Shown: in pieces, positions 1-8,394 of the stretch | How positions within the stretch are numbered: position 1 is the stretch's first letter | Layout of the letters: each line of letters opens with the position of its first letter | DNA from: an uncultured Bacteroidia bacterium | GTDB taxonomy: Bacteria > Bacteroidota > Bacteroidia > JANWVE01 | DNA length: 62,115 nt | Direction of reading: 5' to 3' | NCBI GenBank assembly: GCA_938028625.1 | Contig: CALIZB010000035.1 | Span: 1 to 62,115 of the forward strand | Notes under the pieces: generated by a model | The model's input: the letters and a program-made list of their open reading frames with translations, nothing else | The model's database searches: none | Told to the model about the DNA's origin: nothing | Made by a program: the position numbers and the translations under genes

Positions 1-2
1 GT

Positions 3-614
3 GTAACTAAATATTACGATAAAGTTCCTACAAAATTTTCGCAAATGAGCAGTGATGAAATTAAGCAACAAGGTGCCAGAATCGTACCTGGCTCGATGGT
101 AAGATATGGTGCTTACATTGCTCCTGGCGCAATCCTAATGCCAAGTTACGTAAACATCGGGGCCTATGTGGATTCTGGCACAATGGTCGACACTTGGGTT
201 ACCGTAGGCTCTTGTGCACAAATTGGTAAAAATGTTCATTTATCAGGGGGGGTAGGCATTGGGGGCGTATTAGAACCTGTACAAGCTAGTCCTGTCATTA
301 TTGAAGATGGGGCATTTATTGGTAGTCGTTGTATAGTTGTAGAGGGTGTAAGAGTAGGTAAAGAAGCTGTACTCGGTGCAAATGTAGTACTGACAGCATC
401 ATCAAAAATCATTGATGTTACAGGCGAAACTCCCGTAGAATACAAAGGATATGTTCCTGAACGTTCTGTAGTAATACCTGGAAGTATTCCTAAAAGATTC
501 CCCGCAGGTGAATATCATGTACCCTGTAATCTCATTGTTGGTAGGCGCAAAGCCAGTACAGACCTCAAAACTTCGCTTAATGATGCCTTACGCGAAAATA
601 ATATATCGGTATGA
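3..614 (+). CDS. dapD: Tetrahydrodipicolinate N-succinyltransferase (5'-truncated by window edge)
   Basis: Frame open from position 3 (VTKYYDKVPTKF...). Hexapeptide repeats and the motifs MPSYVNIGAYVDSGTMVDTW and GGVGIGGVLEPVQA. Confidence 0.95.
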   Translation, partial: VTKYYDKVPTKFSQMSSDEIKQQGARIVPGSMVRYGAYIAPGAILMPSYVNIGAYVDSGTMVDTWVTVGSCAQIGKNVHLSGGVGIGGVLEPVQASPVIIEDGAFIGSRCIVVEGVRVGKEAVLGANVVLTASSKIIDVTGETPVEYKGYVPERSVVIPGSIPKRFPAGEYHVPCNLIVGRRKASTDLKTSLNDALRENNISV

Positions 615-629
615 TTTCTTTTTTATTCA

Positions 630-731
630 GGGCGTGTCCTTCACTTCGTTCAGGTCGGTGCATTCCGCACTTCGCTAGCGCTTCGGTGCTACGCACAGGG
701 TTAATGCCCTTGCTTCATGCCCCTCACGCAA
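630..731 (-). repeat. Dispersed structured GC-rich intergenic repeat, copy 1 (diverged)
   Basis: Reverse complement reads TTGCGTGAGGGGCATG...CCGACCTGAACGAAGTGAAGGACACGCCC, sharing both ends with the copies at 3931 and 43452. Confidence 0.85.
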
Positions 732-746
732 TTTTATCTTACAATT

Positions 747-1448
747 ATGGAACTATTTTACACTACTGACATAGATTTTCCTTATTTATATCTACAACAT
801 GAAGAAGCTATACATTGTATTAAATCTTTACGAAAAAATATAGGAGATTACATTCACATAACTGACGGATTAGGTAATCACTATTACGGAATAATTACGC
901 AAATAGAAAGAAAAAAGGATATTGTTACCGTACACGCACAAAAACAACAAAATTTTAATAAAAGTCAAAATTTAGGCTTATGTATAGCACCTACTAAAAA
1001 CATAGACAGAATGGAATGGTTGATAGAAAAAGCTGTAGAGTTAGGTGTTTCTCAAATACAATGGATAATTACTGAACGTTCTCAAAGAAAAACCATTCCA
1101 TTAGAACGTATGCAACGCATAGCTATATCGGCAATGAAGCAATCTTTGCAGTATTTTTTACCGAATTTTTATCCTATCATAAACTTTTCAAGTTGGTTAG
1201 AACAACAAAAAATTTTGCAAGGAGTAATTGGATATTGTGGTGAAGATATAGATAAAAAACCTTTGAATACTCTACAAATCACAAATAAACAAAATACATA
1301 TTGGATTTGCATAGGACCCGAAGGGGATTTTACTCAAAATGAAGTAAAACAATCCCTGAACACAGGATTGATACCTGTTTCCATAGGCACACACAGACTG
1401 CGCACCGAAACCGCCGCCTTAACAGCTATATCTTATTTCTATCTATAA
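747..1448 (+). CDS. rsmE: 16S rRNA m3U1498 methyltransferase RsmE
   Basis: Motifs IEKAVELGV, IGPEGDF and RLRTETAA. Start moved to ATG 747 because the ORF-track start lies inside the repeat. Confidence 0.93.
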   Translation: MELFYTTDIDFPYLYLQHEEAIHCIKSLRKNIGDYIHITDGLGNHYYGIITQIERKKDIVTVHAQKQQNFNKSQNLGLCIAPTKNIDRMEWLIEKAVELGVSQIQWIITERSQRKTIPLERMQRIAISAMKQSLQYFLPNFYPIINFSSWLEQQKILQGVIGYCGEDIDKKPLNTLQITNKQNTYWICIGPEGDFTQNEVKQSLNTGLIPVSIGTHRLRTETAALTAISYFYL

Positions 1449-1699
1449 AAAAATTGTGTATTTTCAATCTAAATGAACACTAAACGCTACAAACTTGCCA
1501 ATCATCTCGTAATTCCCTACCGTTTTACTTTATAACTTCCTCTATGCACAATACATCTTTTACCGCAACTATTACAAGCAAATGTAACATAGGTTTGCTT
1601 TTGTAAAGTTTTATCCTGCTGATAATAGCTTAAAATTTGTTCTCGGGCTTTTGCCAAACTTGCGCGGGTGAAGGTAAGAAACCATATTCAGTCAATGGT

Positions 1700-2605
1700 T
1701 TAGCCGAGATTAAAATAATCATTTACTTTTTTGAGTTTTTTCTGCAATTCGCTGTAATATCCGTCTGATGCAGGTACTAACGGAAGACGTACATTTTTCA
1801 AACAAATGCCCATGATTTCTAATGCGGCCTTTACCCCCACAGGATTGCCTTCTGCAAATAAAAAGTCCATACATTCCAATAATCCATAATGGTATTCACG
1901 GGCTTTTTCATAATCTCCTGCCAATGCAAAACGTACTTTTTGGCTTACTTCTCTCGGAAAAATATTGCCTGCCACAGAAATAACGCCTACTGCACCTACA
2001 CTCATAAAAGGTAAAGTTAAACTATCATCACCTGAAACTACTAAAAAATCTTTGGGTTTTTGAGCAACAATGTTCATTACTTGCACTACACTTCCTGCCG
2101 CTTCCTTGACAGCAACAAGGTTTTTATGGTCATTTGCTAATTTGATTATAGTTTCAGAGGTCATGTTAATTCCTGTACGCGGAGGAATGTTATACATGAT
2201 AATTGGCAAATCTGTACTTTTTGCAATGGCAGAATAATGGGCATAAATTCCGTTTTGATTAGGTTTATTGTAATACGGGCAAACCGATAAAATGCCATCT
2301 AATCTGTAATTTTTAGTGTAGTATTCTATTTCTGATATAACTTCTTGCGTATTATTACCCCCTATACCCATTATCACAGGCAATTTACCTTGATTAGCTT
2401 CCAGAACAGTTTCTATAACTGATTTTTTTTCATCTTTGGTTAATGTAGGGCTTTCTCCTGTTGTTCCTATGGGGACGATATATTCTACTCCCCCTTCCAC
2501 TATACGAAAAACCAATCTTTGCAGGGCTTTTGTATCTACCTTATTCTCATTTGTAAAGGGGGTAACTATGGCAACCCCTGTTCCTTTGATATAACTTGTG
2601 TTCAT
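1700..2605 (-). CDS. dapA: 4-hydroxy-tetrahydrodipicolinate synthase
   Basis: Motifs GTTGESPTL, YNIPPRTG, catalytic Lys in AVKEAAG, and NPVGVK. Confidence 0.96.
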   Translation of the reverse strand: MNTSYIKGTGVAIVTPFTNENKVDTKALQRLVFRIVEGGVEYIVPIGTTGESPTLTKDEKKSVIETVLEANQGKLPVIMGIGGNNTQEVISEIEYYTKNYRLDGILSVCPYYNKPNQNGIYAHYSAIAKSTDLPIIMYNIPPRTGINMTSETIIKLANDHKNLVAVKEAAGSVVQVMNIVAQKPKDFLVVSGDDSLTLPFMSVGAVGVISVAGNIFPREVSQKVRFALAGDYEKAREYHYGLLECMDFLFAEGNPVGVKAALEIMGICLKNVRLPLVPASDGYYSELQKKLKKVNDYFNLG

Positions 2606-3129
2606 GGTTTTATTTTTTGTAAATAATGGATAATAGAAAGTAAATTTTCATCAGTGATATGTTCGTACACATTTGGAATAACGAGTTCGTAACAGTCCCA
2701 GTTACTATCATGGATACCTACCCGCATAGTAATGTCAATAGCACAGCCAAGATACTGAGCAGCAACATTATCTTTGTCTGTAAGGTCTATAGATACGTCA
2801 AAATGCTGGTCTATAAAGCCATCAACGGCAGAAGTTTTAGGTATGCCAAGCAGATTGGTATGCGAACCGTCTATACGTGTACGTTCATACGTATACGGAA
2901 GCAAAGAGGTTTCTTTTTTGCTTTTCAAAAACTCTACGGTTTTAACCCGTACAGTATGTTTTTTTAACAGGTCTATAAAACGGGCAATAACAGTGGCTTC
3001 TTCAGCGGCGCGCGGCGAAACAAAGAGTATAAAACTTTTGATATCCTGCCATGCAATACTGGAATGCGCAAAGTGTTTTTTATTGTGCAATCTTCTGAAC
3101 TGAAGTCTTTGAATTATCTTGAAAGGCAT
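2602..3129 (-). CDS. Conserved Bacteroidota protein (DUF6913-like) upstream of dapA
   Basis: NLLGIPK...FIDQHFDVSIDL motif. Overlaps the dapA start by 4 nt, a typical Bacteroidota neighbourhood. Confidence 0.6.
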   Translation of the reverse strand: MPFKIIQRLQFRRLHNKKHFAHSSIAWQDIKSFILFVSPRAAEEATVIARFIDLLKKHTVRVKTVEFLKSKKETSLLPYTYERTRIDGSHTNLLGIPKTSAVDGFIDQHFDVSIDLTDKDNVAAQYLGCAIDITMRVGIHDSNWDCYELVIPNVYEHITDENLLSIIHYLQKIKP

Positions 3130-3209
3130 ACGAATACAAGCAAATTAAAGTAAAAAATATTAAAATTCCATAATTTTTAGGTATTTTTATTGATACAACA
3201 GACGATAAT

Positions 3210-3863
3210 CTATTGAGTGATTGCCCAGTAGACAATGTTTGTTCCCATTTTGAGAGCTTGCTGTCGTACAGGTTCGGGGTCATTGTAAATTTCTTGGTCT
3301 TCCCAGCCATTTCCTAAATCACATTCATAGCTGTAAAAGCATACTAATCTGCCGTCATGAAAAATACCGAAGCCTTGTGGAGGTTTGCCGTCATGTTCAT
3401 GCACTTTGGGCAGTCCTTTTGGAAACGAGAAGGGTTTCTTATAAATCCCAAAATCAAAAGGAAGTTCTACAAAATCATGTTCAGGAAATACTTTTTTCAT
3501 TTCTCTACGAATGTATTTATCTAAACCATAATTGTCGTCAATATGTAAAAATCCTCCTGAAATAAGATAGTTTCTTAAATTCTGAGCTTCTGCATCTGTA
3601 AAAAATACATTTCCATGTCCTGTAAGATGTACCCACGCATACTGAAATAACGCAGGACTGCCTACTTCCACAATATCCTCTTTTTCATGTACTTTAATGA
3701 CAGAATTTTGGTTAATAAACTTAATCAGATTAGGTAAAGAAGTGCGATTACAATACCAGTCACCTCCACCGCCATATTTTAGTTTAGCTATTTTGAATGT
3801 ATTATTCTGACACAAGCCCCATGCTAATCCAAAAAAGAGTATTATGCAAAGTATCTTTTTCAT
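3210..3863 (-). CDS. DUF4159 domain secreted protein
   Basis: Signal peptide. Motifs KYGGGGDWY, LTGHGNV, GGFLHIDDNYG and DLGNGWED. Confidence 0.9.
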   Translation of the reverse strand: MKKILCIILFFGLAWGLCQNNTFKIAKLKYGGGGDWYCNRTSLPNLIKFINQNSVIKVHEKEDIVEVGSPALFQYAWVHLTGHGNVFFTDAEAQNLRNYLISGGFLHIDDNYGLDKYIRREMKKVFPEHDFVELPFDFGIYKKPFSFPKGLPKVHEHDGKPPQGFGIFHDGRLVCFYSYECDLGNGWEDQEIYNDPEPVRQQALKMGTNIVYWAITQ

Positions 3864-3930
3864 GATACAAAGTTAAGAATAATCTGCAAATTCAGTAGCC
3901 GAAATCCTGTAAAAACCGTGTATTATCCAC

Positions 3931-4051
3931 TGCGTGAGGCATGCGAAGGGTATGCGTTAGCATAGTGCCTTGCACCGTAGCAAAGCGTAGCCCGTAGCAC
4001 GCCGACCTTGCACGCATGAGCATTAGCGAAACGCTGTGCAAGGACACGCCC
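3931..4051 (+). repeat. Dispersed structured GC-rich intergenic repeat, copy 2
   Basis: TGCGTGAGGCATGC...GTAGCCCGTAGCACGCCGACCTTGCAC...GTGCAAGGACACGCCC. Its 5' half nearly matches copy 4 and its 3' half nearly matches copy 3. Confidence 0.92.
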
Positions 4052-4073
4052 AAATTAAAACCTAAAAAATATA

Positions 4074-4895
4074 CTATTGAAAAGAATAGATATGCAGATT
4101 ATCAGGATATTGTACAAAAAACAAGTGATTTTGATACATATAAAAAGTATCTACGGCAAAACGATGTACGTTCTGTGCTAAACAGACTTCACACAGTTTT
4201 TTATCCTGTAAAGTATTGTATATCACAAGATAGTTGTTCATGCTAGTTTGTGTAGCATCTTTATTCATACTGTAATAACTCAAAATGTGATTTTCCTGAT
4301 AGTTTAGATATTCAGAATAGTGGAATTTAAGCAATGGGGCAAACGTTCTAAAAAAAGTGAGGTGTTCTTTGTTTTCGGGTTTATCCAATAAAACAGACTG
4401 TGGAAATCGCATTTGTTCAAAGGCATCTAATTCTAAATTTTCAGCTTCTTGAATGATGTGAATAGGGATTTGCTCACCAAATTGCTGAATAATTTTACCT
4501 GAAAAATCTAATTCCACAAACTGCCGAAGCCCTTCCTGTGTGAGATAATGCGCAAGAATACTGAAATTTGTTTTTTTTAGCCATGAAAGCTGGGGCTGTT
4601 CCCATAAAAGCATCCTGCTACGAATATCATACGCATATATGCCGTAGTGTTCAGGAATTTCAGGACTACGATACTGATGTGTGTATATAATACCGTTATG
4701 CACATCTTCTATACCTATTAACCAAGGTTCATGCAGTATCCAGTCTGTTACGGTTTGTTTTTGTGTGGCAAGGTCAATAACATGAAAAGAAGTAGTGTAC
4801 TCTGCTCCGTTACGAACTTCTATCACTGCTAAATGCTGACGGGTATCTACACGGACTTTCCATATATTCCCTTTGAAAGAATAAGAATGCAACAT
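4074..4895 (-). CDS. DUF4905-like conserved protein
   Basis: IWK...IEVR, W-x-IG, PEHYGIYAYD and terminal DTFY pattern recalled for this Bacteroidota/Chlorobi family. Confidence 0.6.
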   Translation of the reverse strand: MLHSYSFKGNIWKVRVDTRQHLAVIEVRNGAEYTTSFHVIDLATQKQTVTDWILHEPWLIGIEDVHNGIIYTHQYRSPEIPEHYGIYAYDIRSRMLLWEQPQLSWLKKTNFSILAHYLTQEGLRQFVELDFSGKIIQQFGEQIPIHIIQEAENLELDAFEQMRFPQSVLLDKPENKEHLTFFRTFAPLLKFHYSEYLNYQENHILSYYSMNKDATQTSMNNYLVIYNTLQDKKLCEVCLAQNVHRFAVDTFYMYQNHLFFVQYPDNLHIYSFQ

Positions 4896-4899
4896 GATT

Positions 4900-6210
4900 T
4901 TACAACAAAGATTTGGCTTTAATAGTTAGATATTGATTGATAGCTTTGGCTGTTAAATTCTCGGGAAGGGTATCCAAGGTTAAGACGTTATTTAATTGTA
5001 GATATTTGAATGCTAATAAACGTTGTTCTAAAATTTGTTCTGCTACACCGAGTTGTAAAGCCTGTTCTCTGGTTTTGGGAACTTCCAGAGTTACTTTGTG
5101 TAGTTCTTTATCGCGTAAAGTAACGCACAGGGGCAGATGTTTGGGAGAAAGGCGTGTAAATTCGCGTATAAGTACATCAGAAGCACGGTTATCAATAATG
5201 TCCGTAATCAGTATAATCAATGCTCTTTTATTTACTTTTTTCTTGATATACTGGAAGGCAAGGGAATAATTAGGTTCAGTCATCTCATACTGAACGTTAT
5301 GTAAAAGTTGAGAAATAGCATGTACTTGGGTGATACCTCTTTTGGGTGGCAGATAAGTTTGTATATTTGCACCAAAAACTAAAAGTCCTATATTGTCTTC
5401 TTTGTTTGCACAAATGTAACTTAACATAAGCGTTGCATTGATAGCATAATCTAAACGTTTCATAAAACCGTCAGAATTGCGCATCATACGTCCTGCATCT
5501 AATACTATAATTACATTCTGATTGCGTTCTATCTGATACTGTGCTACTATGGGTTTACCTTTTCTTGCGGTAGCTTTCCAGTTAATTTTGCGGTATTCGT
5601 CATCTTTGGTATATTCTCTTAGACTTTCAAATTCCCGTCCTTCGCCATATTTGCGGATACTTCGCCTGCCTACCTGTTCTAATTGATTTTTTCGTGCTAA
5701 TAACTGATATTTTTTGAGTTTGAGGTATCCTGGATATACAGAGAAACTATTTTCTAATGAATACTCATAATCTTTCCGAACCAATCCGAGTATGCCCAGA
5801 ATGCGCAGATGGACAGTTTGGTACTCATACTTTCCGCGTTCACGCGGGGTAATAGTATAGGTAAAGGTTTGTACTTCGTTTCCCTGAATACCAAAAGGAA
5901 ATATAGCATCACGAATTTGAAAAAATTCAGGCACATCATCTCCCAGAAAGCCTTTCCAATACCGTTTGCTCTTATTATGTAAAGACAAAATGATTTCATT
6001 TTCATCACCCAAAGAAAGTTTTTGAGCTAGCTCCCTACTGATTTCAAATTTTTCTTTGCCTGGAATAAGGCGATAGTCTATAACCATAAAAATTGCCCAT
6101 ACTAAAATGATAACAAAAGCTACAGCTAATAAAAAACTCCAGAAAAAGCTTAGCCCCATACAGGCTACGGCTATGAGTAAAATTAAAAAGGTTCTGTGCG
6201 TGAACGTCAT
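4900..6210 (-). CDS. DUF58 (MoxR-associated VWA-like) membrane protein
   Basis: EFESLREY...DEYRKINWKATAR and VLDAGRMM. N-terminal TM pair. Start moved to ATG 6210, downstream of a -7 box. Confidence 0.9.
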   Translation of the reverse strand: MTFTHRTFLILLIAVACMGLSFFWSFLLAVAFVIILVWAIFMVIDYRLIPGKEKFEISRELAQKLSLGDENEIILSLHNKSKRYWKGFLGDDVPEFFQIRDAIFPFGIQGNEVQTFTYTITPRERGKYEYQTVHLRILGILGLVRKDYEYSLENSFSVYPGYLKLKKYQLLARKNQLEQVGRRSIRKYGEGREFESLREYTKDDEYRKINWKATARKGKPIVAQYQIERNQNVIIVLDAGRMMRNSDGFMKRLDYAINATLMLSYICANKEDNIGLLVFGANIQTYLPPKRGITQVHAISQLLHNVQYEMTEPNYSLAFQYIKKKVNKRALIILITDIIDNRASDVLIREFTRLSPKHLPLCVTLRDKELHKVTLEVPKTREQALQLGVAEQILEQRLLAFKYLQLNNVLTLDTLPENLTAKAINQYLTIKAKSLL

Positions 6211-6258
6211 AGAAAACAAAAGTAGCAAATTTGAATAAAAAAATTACTCCGATAAAAC

Positions 6259-6288
6259 AAAAAAGTCCTGATTTGCCATCAGAACTTT
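6259..6288 (-). terminator. Probable intrinsic terminator after the UDP-GlcA decarboxylase gene
   Basis: Minus strand AAAGTTCTGAT-GGCAA-ATCAGGACTTTTTT hairpin with U-tract. Confidence 0.6.
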
Positions 6289-6294
6289 GAGATA

Positions 6295-7236
6295 TTATTT
6301 TACCTTATTTTTGAAGTACTCGTATGTCAATTTTAGTCCTTCTTGTCGGGATATTTTAGGCGACCAGCCGAGTACAGACTGTGCTTTGGAAATATCTGGT
6401 TTTCGCACTTTGGGGTCATCTTGCGGTAGAGGTTTGAATACAATTTTACTTGTAGTACCTGTAAGTGCTTGTATTTCTTTGGCAAAATCCAATAAAGAAA
6501 TTTCGTCAGGGTTGCCGATATTTACAGGTTCTACCTCGTTACTCATTAACAATCTAAAAATACCCTCTACAAGGTCGGATACATAGCAAAAGCTACGAGT
6601 TTGCGAACCATCTCCAAAAACAGTAATATCCTCTCCGCGTATCGCTTGTCCCATGAATGCAGGAATAGCTCTGCCGTCATCTAAACGCATACGAGGTCCA
6701 TAGGTGTTAAAAATGCGGATAATACGCGTTTCTACGCCATGATAACGATGATACGCCATAGTCATTGCTTCGGCAAAACGTTTGGCTTCATCATATACGC
6801 CGCGCGTACCTATGGGATTAACGTTGCCCCAGTATTCTTCTTTTTGTGGGTGAACCAGAGGGTCGCCGTACACTTCAGAAGTAGAAGCTAACAACATTCT
6901 TGCTTTTTTTGCTTTAGCTAATCCCAAGATTTTATGTGTTCCTAATGCGCCTACTTTAAGCGTTTGAATGGGTAATTTAAGGTAATCAATAGGGCTTGCG
7001 GGAGAAGCAAAATGGAGAATATAATGTAAATCGCCGTGTATATGCACATAATTGGTTACATCATAGTGTATAAAAGAAAAGTCAGGGTTATCAAGTAAAT
7101 GAACAATGTTGTCCATGTTACCTGTAATTAGGTTATCCATAGCAATAACCTGAAATCCTTCGGCAAGCATACGGTCACAAAGGTGCGAACCTAAAAAGCC
7201 CGCACCTCCTGTGATAAGAACACGTTTTTTACTCAT
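6295..7236 (-). CDS. UDP-glucuronic acid decarboxylase (UXS-like extended SDR)
   Basis: Motifs [28 protein letters not shown] and [10 protein letters not shown]. Confidence 0.92.
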   Translation of the reverse strand: MSKKRVLITGGAGFLGSHLCDRMLAEGFQVIAMDNLITGNMDNIVHLLDNPDFSFIHYDVTNYVHIHGDLHYILHFASPASPIDYLKLPIQTLKVGALGTHKILGLAKAKKARMLLASTSEVYGDPLVHPQKEEYWGNVNPIGTRGVYDEAKRFAEAMTMAYHRYHGVETRIIRIFNTYGPRMRLDDGRAIPAFMGQAIRGEDITVFGDGSQTRSFCYVSDLVEGIFRLLMSNEVEPVNIGNPDEISLLDFAKEIQALTGTTSKIVFKPLPQDDPKVRKPDISKAQSVLGWSPKISRQEGLKLTYEYFKNKVK

Positions 7237-7241
7237 GCAAA

Positions 7242-7406
7242 TTATTTAGTGTTTTTATTTTCTTTCAAAACTTCTTGTGCTTTTTCCAAAGGCACCATTA
7301 TTTCTTGAAAAGAGTAGTTACCGTCTTTATTTTTAACGGCTTTTACCACTTTTGCCCAATTTTGTTTTTCACCTGATTTAAAGGTTGCTACTGCTTTCTT
7401 TGCCAT
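7242..7406 (-). CDS. DUF4295 family small protein (ribosomal protein bL38), 54 aa, missing from the ORF track
   Basis: Translated by hand: [54 protein letters not shown]. The ATG overlaps the rpmG stop (TAATG), the canonical position. Confidence 0.88.
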   Translation of the reverse strand: MAKKAVATFKSGEKQNWAKVVKAVKNKDGNYSFQEIMVPLEKAQEVLKENKNTK

Positions 7407-7594
7407 TATTTAATCTCCTTATGAATAGTTACACGTTTAAGAATAGGATTGTATTTTTTTAGTTCTAACCGCTCAGGGGTATTTTTACGGTTTTTGGTGG
7501 TAATGTACCGTGAAGTACCAGGCATACCACTTGCTTTATGCTCTGTGCATTCTAAAATAACTTGGATACGAGCTTCTTTACTCTTCTTTGCCAT
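7406..7594 (-). CDS. rpmG: 50S ribosomal protein L33
   Basis: [11 protein letters not shown]...[23 protein letters not shown], the Bacteroidota type. Confidence 0.97.
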   Translation of the reverse strand: MAKKSKEARIQVILECTEHKASGMPGTSRYITTKNRKNTPERLELKKYNPILKRVTIHKEIK

Positions 7595-7616
7595 AACGTT
7601 GCTTCAAATTAGGGCG

Positions 7617-7648
7617 CAAAAGTAAAACAGTAATTTGAAAGTAACAAA
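7617..7648 (-). promoter_or_regulatory. Bacteroidota housekeeping promoter for rpmG (-33 TTTG, 20 nt spacer, -7 TACTTTTG)
   Basis: Exact consensus match, 22 nt upstream of the rpmG ATG. Confidence 0.75.
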
Positions 7649-7701
7649 TAAATTTTGAAAACACTACATTTTTGTTGTTGTATTTCAGGAATAAAGTGTT
7701 T

Positions 7702-8163
7702 TTATATGCCTTCTAGTTCTGTTATTTTAAGATACCATCTGTCAGAAAGTTTTTCCACTACAATTTTACCGTTAAGGTCGTTTTCTTTTTCTGTTTTTGG
7801 GATATTTCTGCCATAATAATACAAAAATGCAATAGTTACCTGAAAATTATGGTCTATCAGATGAACAACTTCTTGTTCTTTATTTAGTATAATTTCATCA
7901 AACTCATGGGTACGCATGAAAGCACGTACGCGTTTTACAGCATCAGTATCTATATTTTGATTTCTTCGTAATATGTTGGCTTTAATCTCATTATCAGGGG
8001 TATCTCGTGTAATTCGTTCGCTATAACAGTATAAAATATCAGGAATTCCTTGTAATAAAGATTTTTCTGCTTTTTTAAAATACTTTTTAGGATACTGCGC
8101 TCTACACCCCGCCCAAAACATTATAGATAACAACAGAAAGATTGCATAAATATAATAACGCAT
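7702..8163 (-). CDS. Hypothetical lipoprotein
   Basis: Hydrophobic N-terminus with lipobox WAG-C from ATG 8163. No family recognised. Confidence 0.6.
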   Translation of the reverse strand: MRYYIYAIFLLLSIMFWAGCRAQYPKKYFKKAEKSLLQGIPDILYCYSERITRDTPDNEIKANILRRNQNIDTDAVKRVRAFMRTHEFDEIILNKEQEVVHLIDHNFQVTIAFLYYYGRNIPKTEKENDLNGKIVVEKLSDRWYLKITELEGI

Positions 8164-8394
8164 AATTACCTGCAAATTTTCAAAAAAAAATGAAAATTAA
8201 AAATACTTTACCGTTACTTTTCTTGTAATTCATAGACTATTCTCTAAATAAAAAACAAAATTGCTCAAATACTAAATTACCAACATCATATAATAACTAC
8301 TTTTATCTTATCCTTTTCAATGTTTTGACTACTTTCAATACTTTATCTATGTTTGCAAAATATATTTTATTCTAACAATTACATATCAATTATC

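Noticed and set aside
4016-4246. 76-aa plus-strand ORF starting in repeat copy 2, and the many other short antisense ORFs in the track
   Set aside because: These are shadow ORFs opposite well-supported genes, with no recognisable motifs.
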